Positions 1 to 9,408 of a DNA stretch of 36,731 nt are shown piece after piece. A program made the translations under genes and the position numbers. Source of the stretch: a virus (lineage: Duplodnaviria; Caudoviricetes); the IMG/VR virus record IMGVR_UViG_3300019731_000001, positions 1 through 36,731 of that record; one strand, written 5' to 3'. The first letter of the stretch is position 1. Each line of letters opens with the position of its first letter. Below the pieces are notes generated by a model, which was not told the DNA's origin, made no database searches, and saw nothing but the letters and a program-made list of their open reading frames with translations.

Positions 1-123
1 TATTAAGAATAAATCCTATTTCGACCTTATAGACGAAGGTATTCAAGAATTTGGGGTGAATTAATAAAAAAGGAGTTAAAAAATGGCTGTTTCTATAGAC
101 CAATTGACAGCGATTACGCATAA
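1..123. repeat. Terminal direct repeat, copy 1 (identical to 36609-36731); probable assembly circularisation overlap
   Basis: Sequence tattaagaat...attacgcataa is identical at both ends. The scaffold ORF end and capsid ORF start run continuously across the join. Confidence 0.95.
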
Positions 124-1006
124 GAAAATTATGCCTAAGATGTTCGATAACATTTTTGATTCAAATCCACTTCTGAAGCGTTTTCTTAAGGGTGGTCAAT
201 ATGTATCTCAGGATGGCGGGCGAGCTATCGATGTTCCTTTAAACTATGCCACAACAACTAGTTCTGGCTGGTTTCAAGGAAGCGAAACGCTCCAAACAAC
301 CGATAACGAAAACATTACAGCGGCTTCTTATGACTGGAAATCTTTGTACGCGAATATTTCCATAACCAATGAAGACGAACTTAAAAACAGTGGTCCTAGT
401 GGTGTTTTAAAGCTTCTTGCTTCTAAAGCAATGATAGCTGAAAAAACGATGAAGGATTCACTTGGTACGGGGTTATTTTCAGACGGCACCGACACGAAAA
501 GTATTGTCGGTTTACGTGACGTTGTCGCTGCTACCCAAACAGTTGGTGGCATTTCACAAACGACAAATAGCTGGTGGCAAGGACAAGTTGATTCAACAAC
601 TACGACTCTTACATTGAGTGCTCTTCAAACTCAATTTGAGAATGCAAGCGTTGATTCTGAAAAACCAACAGTAGTTGTCGGGACAAGGGCGAATTATAAC
701 CGATACTATAATTTGCTTCAGCCACAACAAAGATTCACAGATTCAGAAACTGCAAAAGGCGGTTTTCAGAATTTGATGTTCAACGGCGTCGTGTTTTTGT
801 CCGACTCACATGTTCCGACAAACCACGTTTTTATGCTGAATGAGAAGCACTTGTACTTGTGGTATCATCCAAAACGCAACTTTTATGCGACTCCTTTTCA
901 AGCTCCGATCAATCAGGAAGTTAAAGTCAGCCGCATACTTTGGATGGGTAGCTTTGGATCTTCTAACAACCGTTACCACGCTGCTTTCACAGCGTTGGCA
1001 GCATAA
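83..1006 (+). CDS. Major capsid protein
   Basis: 307 aa directly after portal and scaffold across the join; strong RBS (aaggag); resembles phage major capsid proteins (DNIFDSNPLL, GG..IDVPLNY, GFQNLMFNG). Confidence 0.85.
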   Translation: MAVSIDQLTAITHKKIMPKMFDNIFDSNPLLKRFLKGGQYVSQDGGRAIDVPLNYATTTSSGWFQGSETLQTTDNENITAASYDWKSLYANISITNEDELKNSGPSGVLKLLASKAMIAEKTMKDSLGTGLFSDGTDTKSIVGLRDVVAATQTVGGISQTTNSWWQGQVDSTTTTLTLSALQTQFENASVDSEKPTVVVGTRANYNRYYNLLQPQQRFTDSETAKGGFQNLMFNGVVFLSDSHVPTNHVFMLNEKHLYLWYHPKRNFYATPFQAPINQEVKVSRILWMGSFGSSNNRYHAAFTALAA

Positions 1007-1017
1007 GGAGGTGAATT

Positions 1018-1500
1018 ATGGCTTTTTATAGTGCTGACCCCGTATTATTCTACGGTCCCAGTCATGTAACTGCTACGTTAGGATCAAAACATCCTGAAGT
1101 TGGTACGCGAGCTCATGTTGCTGGTCGTGACTATGTTTGGGCTTATAATGACTGTAACTCAGACATTAACCCAGGATTTGGTTGCGTGTTGCAATCAGCA
1201 GCGACTGGTATGAGTGTTTCCGTATCTGCGGTTACATCTGCTGACATCGTTGTGGGTGTTTGCTATCACTCTACTCTTACAACTGGCACTTATGGTTGGT
1301 TGTTAACAAGAGGTATTGGCAAAGCTGAAATGAACGCGACTTCAGGAACAGTTGCTGCGAAAGATCTTTTAGAGATCGGTGCAAATGGTGATTGGCAAAA
1401 GGTTTCCAACACCACAGCAAACTTTGCTCCTGCCGCTGGTTGTGCTCTTGAGGCGATCGTTTCAAGTGCTTCTGGCGCTGCGTATTTTTCGGTGTATTAA
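1018..1500 (+). CDS. Putative capsid decoration/cement protein
   Basis: 160 aa, Ala/Gly/Ser/Thr-rich, immediately after capsid; RBS aggaggt; YGWLLTRG-type motif seen in post-capsid genes. Confidence 0.55.
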   Translation: MAFYSADPVLFYGPSHVTATLGSKHPEVGTRAHVAGRDYVWAYNDCNSDINPGFGCVLQSAATGMSVSVSAVTSADIVVGVCYHSTLTTGTYGWLLTRGIGKAEMNATSGTVAAKDLLEIGANGDWQKVSNTTANFAPAAGCALEAIVSSASGAAYFSVY

Positions 1501-1521
1501 TTAGGTTAAAGGGAGAATCTT

Positions 1522-2541
1522 ATGGATATTAGGAATATTATTGTGGAGTTGCAGCCTTACATTATGACGCCGCCTCTTAGCACGGGTTCCGCGCATAAAC
1601 AGGCTTGTTCTAATGATGAGGTCACCATTAACCAATGGTACGATACATGGATTTCTAATATCAAAGCCAACAAAGAAAAATACGGTTCTTTTGCCGATAA
1701 TTCCGTAGGGAAACTTTACGAAACTATGGCAATGAGACCTTGCATCGTTGCAGGTAGTGGACCATCATTAAAAAGAAATCTTCATCTGTTAAGGGAGCGC
1801 CCTAGTGGCATGGGACTAGTTTCATGTCTTCATAACTTTCATGCTATGGAAGACGCCGAAGCTAGTCCTGATTTTTATGTTTCGCTAGACGCGGGACCTG
1901 TTACGGTTGAAGAAGTCTATGAAGGTGGATCGAAAACTCCTGATGAATATTGGGAGATGACAAAAGATCGAAAACTTGTTTGCTATATCGGAACATCGCC
2001 GCTTTTGCTTGAGAAATGGCAAGGTGAGGTTTATTTCTTCAACGCGCCTGTTCCTCACGCAGGTTTCCGCGAAGCCGTTGACGAGATAGAGCCGTTTCAC
2101 TTGTGGGTAGAAAGCGGTGGAAACGTTCTCGGTGCAAGCGTGATGATCACAAAAGGATTCATTGGTTCACAAGTCATCGTTTTTGTTGGCGCAGATTTTT
2201 CCTTTTCTAATGAAGAAAAAGTTCAATTTCATCCTTGGGATTCGAAATATGACAAAGAAATAGGTCAATGTATTCGGGTTCCTGATATTTATGGAAATTC
2301 TCGCAAGACATGGGCTTCATATCAAAATTTCAAACTTTGGTTTGATGTCGTAGCACAACGAATTCCAGGGATTTATATTAATGCAACGGAAGGTGGAACC
2401 CTTGGGGCTTATCCACAGGGGAATATTATGCATATTCTCCAAAAGACGCTAAAAGAAGTTTATGATATGTTTACAGTTCATAGACACAAAGAAATGCAGG
2501 TAAAAAAACCTGAAGAAGAAAATAACACGGTATTCATTTAG
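1522..2541 (+). CDS. maf: Maf/DUF115 (MAF_flag10, MptE-like) family protein, putative nonulosonic-acid glycosyltransferase
   Basis: Motif order NIKAN..., CIVAGSGPSLKRNL, PDFYVSLDA, SGGNV...G...IVFVGADFSF, INATEGG is characteristic of motility-associated-factor/DUF115 proteins. Confidence 0.8.
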   Translation: MDIRNIIVELQPYIMTPPLSTGSAHKQACSNDEVTINQWYDTWISNIKANKEKYGSFADNSVGKLYETMAMRPCIVAGSGPSLKRNLHLLRERPSGMGLVSCLHNFHAMEDAEASPDFYVSLDAGPVTVEEVYEGGSKTPDEYWEMTKDRKLVCYIGTSPLLLEKWQGEVYFFNAPVPHAGFREAVDEIEPFHLWVESGGNVLGASVMITKGFIGSQVIVFVGADFSFSNEEKVQFHPWDSKYDKEIGQCIRVPDIYGNSRKTWASYQNFKLWFDVVAQRIPGIYINATEGGTLGAYPQGNIMHILQKTLKEVYDMFTVHRHKEMQVKKPEEENNTVFI

Positions 2542-2551
2542 GGGTTAAAAA

Positions 2552-2821
2552 ATGGCTTTTACAACTTCTTTTCTAACAAAAACTACATTTGGCAATCAAA
2601 GAGTTCATTTTATTCGTGTGACCGCTGACGCGGCGACTGGCGTTGTTGACACGGGTTTTGATGTCGTTGAAATGTTTTCTGTCGGCAATCAAAGTTCTAC
2701 AGCAGCAACCGAAAAATATGCAATGAACGAACTTTGTGCTGGAACAGCTTCAGTTGGAAATATTGGCATAACTGGTTGTACTAGTGGTGACGAGTATATG
2801 CTGACTGTTTACGGGAGATAA
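2552..2821 (+). CDS. Small putative virion protein
   Basis: 89 aa, Thr/Gly/Ala-rich, beta-like, within the structural operon. Confidence 0.5.
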   Translation: MAFTTSFLTKTTFGNQRVHFIRVTADAATGVVDTGFDVVEMFSVGNQSSTAATEKYAMNELCAGTASVGNIGITGCTSGDEYMLTVYGR

Positions 2822-2823
2822 TA

Positions 2824-3168
2824 ATGGTAGGACCAGTATTAGCATTCACCGCGACAATAGCAAGTGCTGCGACAAGCTCAAGTGCTATCGATCTCGGTGG
2901 TGCCTACAAAAAAGTCATGGTTGGAATTCCGACGATGACAAGCGCGACCGATATATTTTTTCGGGTTTCTGACTCGATTGATGGAACGTTTAGGCGGATT
3001 TATCATTCCCCAAAGGTTGATTCGACAACGCCCACAGCGGTTCAATACGCTTCAACTGTGACGAATTGCTATGTTCCTCTGGATATCGCGGCACGTTTTT
3101 TTCAAATTGCTTATACTTCAGCTACGACTGAAGCAAGCCAAACGTTTAAAGTTTTATGTTCTTCATAA
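2824..3168 (+). CDS. Small putative virion protein, very Ser/Thr-rich
   Basis: 114 aa with about 30 Ser+Thr by my count; within the structural operon. Confidence 0.5.
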   Translation: MVGPVLAFTATIASAATSSSAIDLGGAYKKVMVGIPTMTSATDIFFRVSDSIDGTFRRIYHSPKVDSTTPTAVQYASTVTNCYVPLDIAARFFQIAYTSATTEASQTFKVLCSS

Positions 3169-3177
3169 GGGGTATTT

Positions 3178-3570
3178 ATGTTAGTTAAGGTTCATAATAG
3201 AAACGTATATCCATTTGAACAAGTTTTCAAAGGTCAAAAGGTTTTTATAAAACCTAATGATTATATAGAAATGGACTATATGGAAGCTGTTGAATTTAAG
3301 TCGTTATATTATCCAATTAAAAAAGATAAAGGCGGCTTGCAGGATCCTAAAACTTACAAATGGATTGAAATAGACGAGGCAGACACCAAGAAATTTTTTA
3401 AGTCATTGGGCAATCAAACCGATGAAAGAAAAGAAAAATTCGTTTGTCATGTTTGTTCCAAGGATTTTTTGACGAAAAATGGTCTTATGGCTCATATCAA
3501 AAAAAACCATTTATCTGATATGATGGATGAAGACGCTCGCGACGAGCTCATAGACAACGAAGAGGTTTAA
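3178..3570 (+). CDS. Hypothetical protein with C-terminal C2H2 zinc finger
   Basis: FVCHVCSKDFLTKNGLMAHIKKNH fits F-x-C-x2-C-x3-F-x5-L-x2-H-x4-H. Confidence 0.7.
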   Translation: MLVKVHNRNVYPFEQVFKGQKVFIKPNDYIEMDYMEAVEFKSLYYPIKKDKGGLQDPKTYKWIEIDEADTKKFFKSLGNQTDERKEKFVCHVCSKDFLTKNGLMAHIKKNHLSDMMDEDARDELIDNEEV

Positions 3571-3571
3571 G

Positions 3572-4012
3572 GTGAAATTAAAAGGCAGATGGTATGTAAC
3601 TCTTTATGGCCCAGACAATGAAGTTAAGGACTATCGGGAGGGTAACAATGTAGTAACAACAAACGGAACGTCTTTTGTAGCGGCTTTCTTGAATTCTGCG
3701 GCTGCGGCGGCGGCAACCTTTACAATGAATTATATTGGTATCGGGACAAATGATACAGCTGAGAATTCGGCAGATACTGCACTTGGAACCGAGCTTGATC
3801 GTGCTCAAGCTACAATTTCAAACGTCACTGGTTCGATTTATCGCCTCACAGCTACTTTTGCTTGTGGAACGACATCGGCAGGCGCCATTGCAGAGTATGG
3901 GGTATTTGACTCCACAACTGGCGGAACTATGCTGAGTCGTGACACAGAATCTGTAATAAACAAGGGAGTCAACGATGACCTTGTTTGTGTTACTGAGATC
4001 ACAATCAGTTAG
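3572..4012 (+). CDS. Putative virion/tail-associated structural protein
   Basis: GTG start; NVVTTNG...IGIGT...DTALGTEL.R...IAEYGVF...GGTMLSR pattern resembles phage tail-collar/fibre-base domains. Confidence 0.55.
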   Translation: MKLKGRWYVTLYGPDNEVKDYREGNNVVTTNGTSFVAAFLNSAAAAAATFTMNYIGIGTNDTAENSADTALGTELDRAQATISNVTGSIYRLTATFACGTTSAGAIAEYGVFDSTTGGTMLSRDTESVINKGVNDDLVCVTEITIS

Positions 4013-4032
4013 TTCCCCATTTAGGGGATATT

Positions 4033-4509
4033 GTGGCTAATTACTCAATTACAGTTTCAAATACGTTCAATATTTTTGGTGGCACACCAACCAATCGATG
4101 GGGTAGTGCTGTCTCAGGGCGAACACTTGTTTGGCAAAGTGTTGGCGCTTCAACATTTGAGAATCTTTGGGGTACTCAAGAGGATTTCGAGCTTCTGATA
4201 ACCAAAGGTATTTCAAATAGTCTCAATTTTGCTACAGATCCACAAAAAAGTGTCACAAAACAAGTCATCGATTCTATTGGATTGAGCTCTACGGTCGGCA
4301 AAAAGGTAACCCGTCAAATCGACGAGTCATTGAGTGTTGCCAATACCATGTCAACATTAACCAAGCAAAATAATGACTGGAACTATATTTTCCCAGGTGA
4401 AACAGATAACGCAATTGATCAGGCTGAAGTAACTTGGTCTGTAGTTTCTGGATCTTCTTCGACCTGGGCAACTGCGGCGGCAGCTGCAACAACTTGGACG
4501 GAGGCTTAA
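4033..4509 (+). CDS. Putative virion protein, Ser/Thr-rich
   Basis: 158 aa in the structural operon; C-terminal WS/WT repeats (TWSVVSGSSSTWATAAAAATTWTE). Confidence 0.45.
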   Translation: MANYSITVSNTFNIFGGTPTNRWGSAVSGRTLVWQSVGASTFENLWGTQEDFELLITKGISNSLNFATDPQKSVTKQVIDSIGLSSTVGKKVTRQIDESLSVANTMSTLTKQNNDWNYIFPGETDNAIDQAEVTWSVVSGSSSTWATAAAAATTWTEA

Positions 4510-4510
4510 C

Positions 4511-5182
4511 ATGGCTTTGACGGTTTCCAACATAATGGAACGAGCGCGAGAGCGTTACAACGCGACTGGAGATGAGTTTTTTACTGATCAAATGCTTAGA
4601 GCTCTCATATTTTCGGCTCAGGAAGAACTCTCAAAAGAGGGTTGGGTTATAGAAACGACTTATACGACGACATCGACGAGCGGCACGAGAGAACTTTCAT
4701 ATCCATCCAACACTCTTGCCATAAAAGAGATTCGCTATGATTATGAAAAAATTAGAAAAGTTCCTCTTAGAAACGATCCAAAAACTTCCTCTACGAATCC
4801 AGAAGGCGAACCCCGTGAATATGCTATATGGAATGATATTATCATCCTATACCCAACGCCTGATACAACAGGCGATACGATCCAAATCCGCGTCTACTCG
4901 TACCCGTCTGATATCACGTCTAATGTATCTCCGCTTGAAGTACCCCAAGAATACCGAGACGATCTGATTAACTATTGCATTGCTCATATGGCGTTAAAGG
5001 ATCAAAATGTTCCTATCTATCGAGAATATATTAGCGAATGGAAAATGGCCGTTGAGAAAGCGAAAGAACAACGTCAAAGGCGTCTCAGATCAGATAGGCC
5101 AGCCAAAGTAAGAGACGAATATTTTGGCAGTGACTTTCCAATTTCAGAACAGGAGATTATTTACGGTGGCTTCAGGTTTTAA
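4511..5182 (+). CDS. Head-tail adaptor / tail tubular protein A-like
   Basis: 223 aa; G.P..YAIW...I.LYPTPD and LEVPQEYRDDLINY pattern; sits just before the large tail stabiliser gene. Confidence 0.65.
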   Translation: MALTVSNIMERARERYNATGDEFFTDQMLRALIFSAQEELSKEGWVIETTYTTTSTSGTRELSYPSNTLAIKEIRYDYEKIRKVPLRNDPKTSSTNPEGEPREYAIWNDIIILYPTPDTTGDTIQIRVYSYPSDITSNVSPLEVPQEYRDDLINYCIAHMALKDQNVPIYREYISEWKMAVEKAKEQRQRRLRSDRPAKVRDEYFGSDFPISEQEIIYGGFRF

Positions 5183-7070
5183 TGTAATTTTTCCTGATAG
5201 AGGTCGGATTTCTCTTGACGGAGGTTTAAATACAAAAGTTGATAGACAATGGCTTTTGGACAATGAAAGTCCCGATTGTCTAAATGTCATTTTTGGAAAT
5301 GCTTCAGTTGAAACGAGGGGCGGAACTGAGCTTTTAAATACGGCTTCTGTGGGTTCTTTTTCGTGCGATGGTTTTTATGTCAGGCACGATAATTCTGGCG
5401 CAGAAACGATGGTAGCATGGTGGGATGGTACTCTATTCGATCTTCAGGGGACTTCATTTATAACAATTTCTTCAGCGCAAAGTGTATTCACAGCTGGTGC
5501 GCGAGTGCATTCTGCTGAATACGAAAATTATAGATTTTTCTCTAATGGGGAAGATACCCCATATAAATACAACGGTGATGAATTCACTAGGATGAGCGTT
5601 CCGGCTCCTACCGAAACTATGACCGTTTCTAATGCAGCGACAGGGAACGTATTAAACGGTGATTATCAATATAAGGTGACATATGTTAACTCAAATCTCG
5701 TTGAATCCGACGTTTCACCTGCTACTGCTACTTTTACATTTGCTAGTCAAAACGGTTATCTTGCTTCCATTCCTGTTGCTCCTGCTAGTTTTGGGATTAA
5801 TAGTCGGCGTCTTTACCGTACCGATGCTGGTGGCGAGACATTTAAAAGAATCGCGACGATAAACGATAATACAACGACCACCTACGAAGACGGAGTTGCT
5901 TCATCAGCAGCGGGAACTGAAGCGCCAACTGATCAAGGCGTAATTGCTTCGACAGCCAAAGCCTTGTTGTACCACCAAGGCCGGATATTTTACATCGACA
6001 CGGGCGATTGGCTCGTGAAATACAGCGAGGTGGGTAACCCTTATGTATTTAAAGCAACTAGTTTTATTCGCGTTGGTGATACTACTGGGGATCTCCCATG
6101 TACTTTGGGGATACATGACAATTCCATTATTATCGGATGCAAGAGACATATTTGGTGCATTTACATGCCTGACACTGATCCTAGTAATTGGGTTCAGTTA
6201 CGATTAAAGACATCCTTTGGTTCAAAATCTCCATTTTCCGTTTTCAACTACAATAATAAGCTGATGCTCGGAGTAATGGAAAATGATAAATTCGTTGGAT
6301 TTGCAGCTATCACCGGTCAAACGATTGAACCAACTGCAACGTTGATGACAATTTCTGCTACGGGATCTGATTTAAAGTCGAATGTTATTGAGCCGGATAT
6401 GTTCAATATAGTTGAAAATCGGGTTGAAACGATTTCGTCCATCGTGTTTAAAAACAAAGCATATATTTCTGTAACATATACATCGGGCTCGACAAATAAT
6501 CGCATTTATGTTTTTGATTTTGGCGATGAAAACCTAGGAAAAAAACAGAAATTTTCATGGGTTCCATGGACGGGAATGAATGCTGCTCAATTTGTGGTGT
6601 ATGGAGGATCTCTATATTACGCGGATGATGCGGCTACTGGGCGGGTATTTTCCATGAATAGCTCGACCTATAGCGATAATGGAGTTGCTATAAACAGCTA
6701 TTATTGGACAAAAGAATTCGGTGGCAAGCCTGGGCATGAAAACTATACGAAAGACTTTCGATGGCTTCATGTTTTATTTGAGCTCGTCGGTGATTATTAT
6801 ATGGATTTTACTCGTCGCATCGATTCTAAGGGTGGCGTTGGCGATACGAGGCAGATTGATTGCGATCCTGGTGGTTCTCTTTGGGGGACCATGATATGGG
6901 GACAAGATGACTGGAGTCCTGGCGGTGAACAGGCGGAGCTTAAAATACCTCTTGGTGGTCTTTCACCAGCGAAACGATTGCAGCTTAAGTTTTCAAATCA
7001 AAATACAATAAATCAGCGTTTTAAAGTTATAGGACTGAATTTGGATTACAACATCAGGGGGCGTAGATAA
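5166..7070 (+). CDS. Tail tubular protein B / packaged-DNA stabilisation protein (P22 gp10-like)
   Basis: About 634 aa, beta-rich, begins GGLNT...ESPDCLNV; contains an Ig/FN3-like insert (YQYKVTYV...RRLYRT...TTYED). GTG at 5166 after aggag is preferred over 5124. Confidence 0.65.
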   Translation: MASGFNVIFPDRGRISLDGGLNTKVDRQWLLDNESPDCLNVIFGNASVETRGGTELLNTASVGSFSCDGFYVRHDNSGAETMVAWWDGTLFDLQGTSFITISSAQSVFTAGARVHSAEYENYRFFSNGEDTPYKYNGDEFTRMSVPAPTETMTVSNAATGNVLNGDYQYKVTYVNSNLVESDVSPATATFTFASQNGYLASIPVAPASFGINSRRLYRTDAGGETFKRIATINDNTTTTYEDGVASSAAGTEAPTDQGVIASTAKALLYHQGRIFYIDTGDWLVKYSEVGNPYVFKATSFIRVGDTTGDLPCTLGIHDNSIIIGCKRHIWCIYMPDTDPSNWVQLRLKTSFGSKSPFSVFNYNNKLMLGVMENDKFVGFAAITGQTIEPTATLMTISATGSDLKSNVIEPDMFNIVENRVETISSIVFKNKAYISVTYTSGSTNNRIYVFDFGDENLGKKQKFSWVPWTGMNAAQFVVYGGSLYYADDAATGRVFSMNSSTYSDNGVAINSYYWTKEFGGKPGHENYTKDFRWLHVLFELVGDYYMDFTRRIDSKGGVGDTRQIDCDPGGSLWGTMIWGQDDWSPGGEQAELKIPLGGLSPAKRLQLKFSNQNTINQRFKVIGLNLDYNIRGRR

Positions 7071-8029
7071 TGGCAACTGTCAATGATGCGATCACTAGAC
7101 GATATCAGACGTTAGGGAAGCGATTAGAACAAAAGGAACGGGCAAGAACCCAAGAAGAACAAGAAGCCCTACAGCGAAGGTTTGCGGCTATTGGTGGGCT
7201 TGGTTCTGGAGCATCGATAAAAACCCAACAACTTGCACAACAGGCGGCTAGTAAACGAGTTGCGGAAGGTCAAGAAGCTCTTTCATTAGCAGAAAGCCAA
7301 GAACGCCAACGACAGCAGGAAATACAAGAGCAACGAGCATATCAAACTAGCGAACGTGAAGCTTCCCAAACGCATCTATCGGGTGAATCGGCCCTAAATA
7401 GAGCTCTTCAAGAAAGAGGATTAACTCTTCAAGAGGGTGTTGCAATGGGCCTTATAAATGGCAAAAAAACACTATCAGCAAAAACAGCAGAAGAACAAAA
7501 AGCTCTAGCAGTCGCAGGTTTAACTGGAAAATATGGGGGAGAAGAGACATTGGCGGCAAGAGAAGCCAGATTAGGGCGAGAAACGCAAGCAGAACAATGG
7601 GGCAAAACTTTCGAGGAATCGAAACGTCAATCCGAAGTCAGAGAATTTCTAGCAGCAAAGTCACTGGCTTTTCAGAAATTATTTGAGGAAAATAAAGTTA
7701 AATATCAAGATGCTGTATTAGCTTGGAATAAATTCACATGGGACAAGCAATTCACGTTAGATAAAATGGTGACGCTTGATAATTTGAGGCGAGCCAATGA
7801 AGCTGCTGAGAACGCTGATCAAGGTTTTTTTGAAGGTATTGTCGAGGACGTTGTTGGCAAAAGCACATGGGAAAAAATTAGCGGAGATTCAGACGCAGGA
7901 AAATTAGCGGCTAGCGCTGTATTATTTCCAACGTTTGCTCCGACAACTCTTGGTTATTCTAAGGCTGCTAGTAGTCCAAAAATTTTAAGTGATATTTCGA
8001 AGACTGCATTTGGTGGATTAAGATTTTAG
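7070..8029 (+). CDS. Putative internal virion/ejection protein
   Basis: Gln/Glu/Ala-rich coiled coil with a GGLGSG motif; follows the tail stabiliser as in podoviruses. Confidence 0.5.
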   Translation: MATVNDAITRRYQTLGKRLEQKERARTQEEQEALQRRFAAIGGLGSGASIKTQQLAQQAASKRVAEGQEALSLAESQERQRQQEIQEQRAYQTSEREASQTHLSGESALNRALQERGLTLQEGVAMGLINGKKTLSAKTAEEQKALAVAGLTGKYGGEETLAAREARLGRETQAEQWGKTFEESKRQSEVREFLAAKSLAFQKLFEENKVKYQDAVLAWNKFTWDKQFTLDKMVTLDNLRRANEAAENADQGFFEGIVEDVVGKSTWEKISGDSDAGKLAASAVLFPTFAPTTLGYSKAASSPKILSDISKTAFGGLRF

Positions 8030-8037
8030 GAGTAAAT

Positions 8038-8412
8038 ATGACAACATCGGTATTGATACCAGAAAAAAAAGATTCATTAGGACAGCTTTCAAAGTTAGCT
8101 AAAATTGGCGCTGCGGTAGCTTCATTTATACCTGGTGGTCAGCCTGTAGCTGCTGGATTAGCTGCTGCTAGTACTTTGGGAAGTATGGCAAGTCAACAAC
8201 AGGCTACCAAGCAACCTATGGCGGTTCCTCTTAGTCCTCAAAGATCTCCTGATGTTGATTCGTCTGTGAGTTCAAGAATGCAAGATAAAAATCCCATGGC
8301 CGATTTAGAGTTAGCATTGGCAGAGTTGAACAATTTGGAGTTACCTGAACCCCAGAAAAATATTTATCGTCGTCCTATATTGCAAGCGATCCAAAAAGGA
8401 GGATTTGTGTAA
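8038..8412 (+). CDS. Putative ejection/pilot protein
   Basis: Gly/Ala-rich hydrophobic N-terminal segment (IGAAVASFIPGGQPVAAGLAAASTLG); position in the ejection block. Confidence 0.45.
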   Translation: MTTSVLIPEKKDSLGQLSKLAKIGAAVASFIPGGQPVAAGLAAASTLGSMASQQQATKQPMAVPLSPQRSPDVDSSVSSRMQDKNPMADLELALAELNNLELPEPQKNIYRRPILQAIQKGGFV

Positions 8413-9407
8413 TGCCCGTAGCAGTTCAACAGTTTACTAAACAAGGCAGAGACCCGTTAGAAACGATAGCTAGAGGACTTCAAATAGCGCAAGGCATCTA
8501 TGGCATTAGAACCGCGATGGAACAGAATGATTTAAGGAAAATGCAAATTGAACAAGCGAAAGCTATTGAAGCGAGAGAAACGATTGAATCAGAAGCAGAG
8601 ACTAAAAGACGTGAAAGAGAAATGCAGTTAAAAGAACAAGAGTTTCAGTTTGAAAAGAAAAAATATGAAGATCAACCGAAACCACCAGCAACAACAGTAA
8701 CCCCATCTGGGGCTTTATTATCTAAAGCGCAAAGCAAAGCCGATCAAGAGTTTGCAAAAGAATTTTCACGTTATGTTGCAAAAGGTGATGAGGCAAAAAA
8801 CTTTAATGTTATCAAAAAACTTGATTTGTTGATCGATGATGCGGAACGCGATTTGGATCGTGGCTTAGATGAGCAATTAATGGGTTTGATGCCAGATAAA
8901 GTTAGAGATATTATTGATGCGGAAGATAAGGCTATTGAAGATAGGATCAAATCAGAAGCTCAGAAGAGTTTAAAACAAGTTTTAGGTGCTCAATTTACTG
9001 AAAAAGAAGGTCGAATGTTGCTCGATAGGGCTTACAATCCATCACAGCCTAAAGAAGAAAATATCAGACGAATGAGGGAACTAGTCGAATCATTGCGCAC
9101 GGAAGCGTTGGCAAAAAAAGCAGCATTTGACTTTTTTGCGAAACAAGGAACTATTCAAGGATTTCAAGGTTCATTGCCGTCAATGTTTGCAAGGGAGCAA
9201 CAAAAACAAACTCAACAGATGCAACGAGGCGGGATAGTTCCACAAGTTCAAATGCCGTTGCCGCAGCAACCACAACAGCCTGTTCCCATTACAGCACCAC
9301 CAAGACAACCTACTCAAGATTATATTTTGGGAATTTTCGGAGGAAGGAAAAAACCGGCAACTCAGATGAATGATGTTGAATTTTTGCAAAATTACTTGGG
9401 GGATTGA
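8412..9407 (+). CDS. Putative internal virion/ejection protein
   Basis: Coiled coil, LGAQFTEKEG motif, Gln/Pro-rich tail; overlaps the previous stop. Confidence 0.5.
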   Translation: MPVAVQQFTKQGRDPLETIARGLQIAQGIYGIRTAMEQNDLRKMQIEQAKAIEARETIESEAETKRREREMQLKEQEFQFEKKKYEDQPKPPATTVTPSGALLSKAQSKADQEFAKEFSRYVAKGDEAKNFNVIKKLDLLIDDAERDLDRGLDEQLMGLMPDKVRDIIDAEDKAIEDRIKSEAQKSLKQVLGAQFTEKEGRMLLDRAYNPSQPKEENIRRMRELVESLRTEALAKKAAFDFFAKQGTIQGFQGSLPSMFAREQQKQTQQMQRGGIVPQVQMPLPQQPQQPVPITAPPRQPTQDYILGIFGGRKKPATQMNDVEFLQNYLGD

Positions 9408-9408
9408 C

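Noticed and set aside
1522-2541. MptE 6-hydroxymethylpterin diphosphokinase (folate/methanopterin) function
   Set aside because: Same domain family, but there are no pterin genes and a CMP-nonulosonate pathway is present, so the Maf role is more parsimonious. Not formally excluded.
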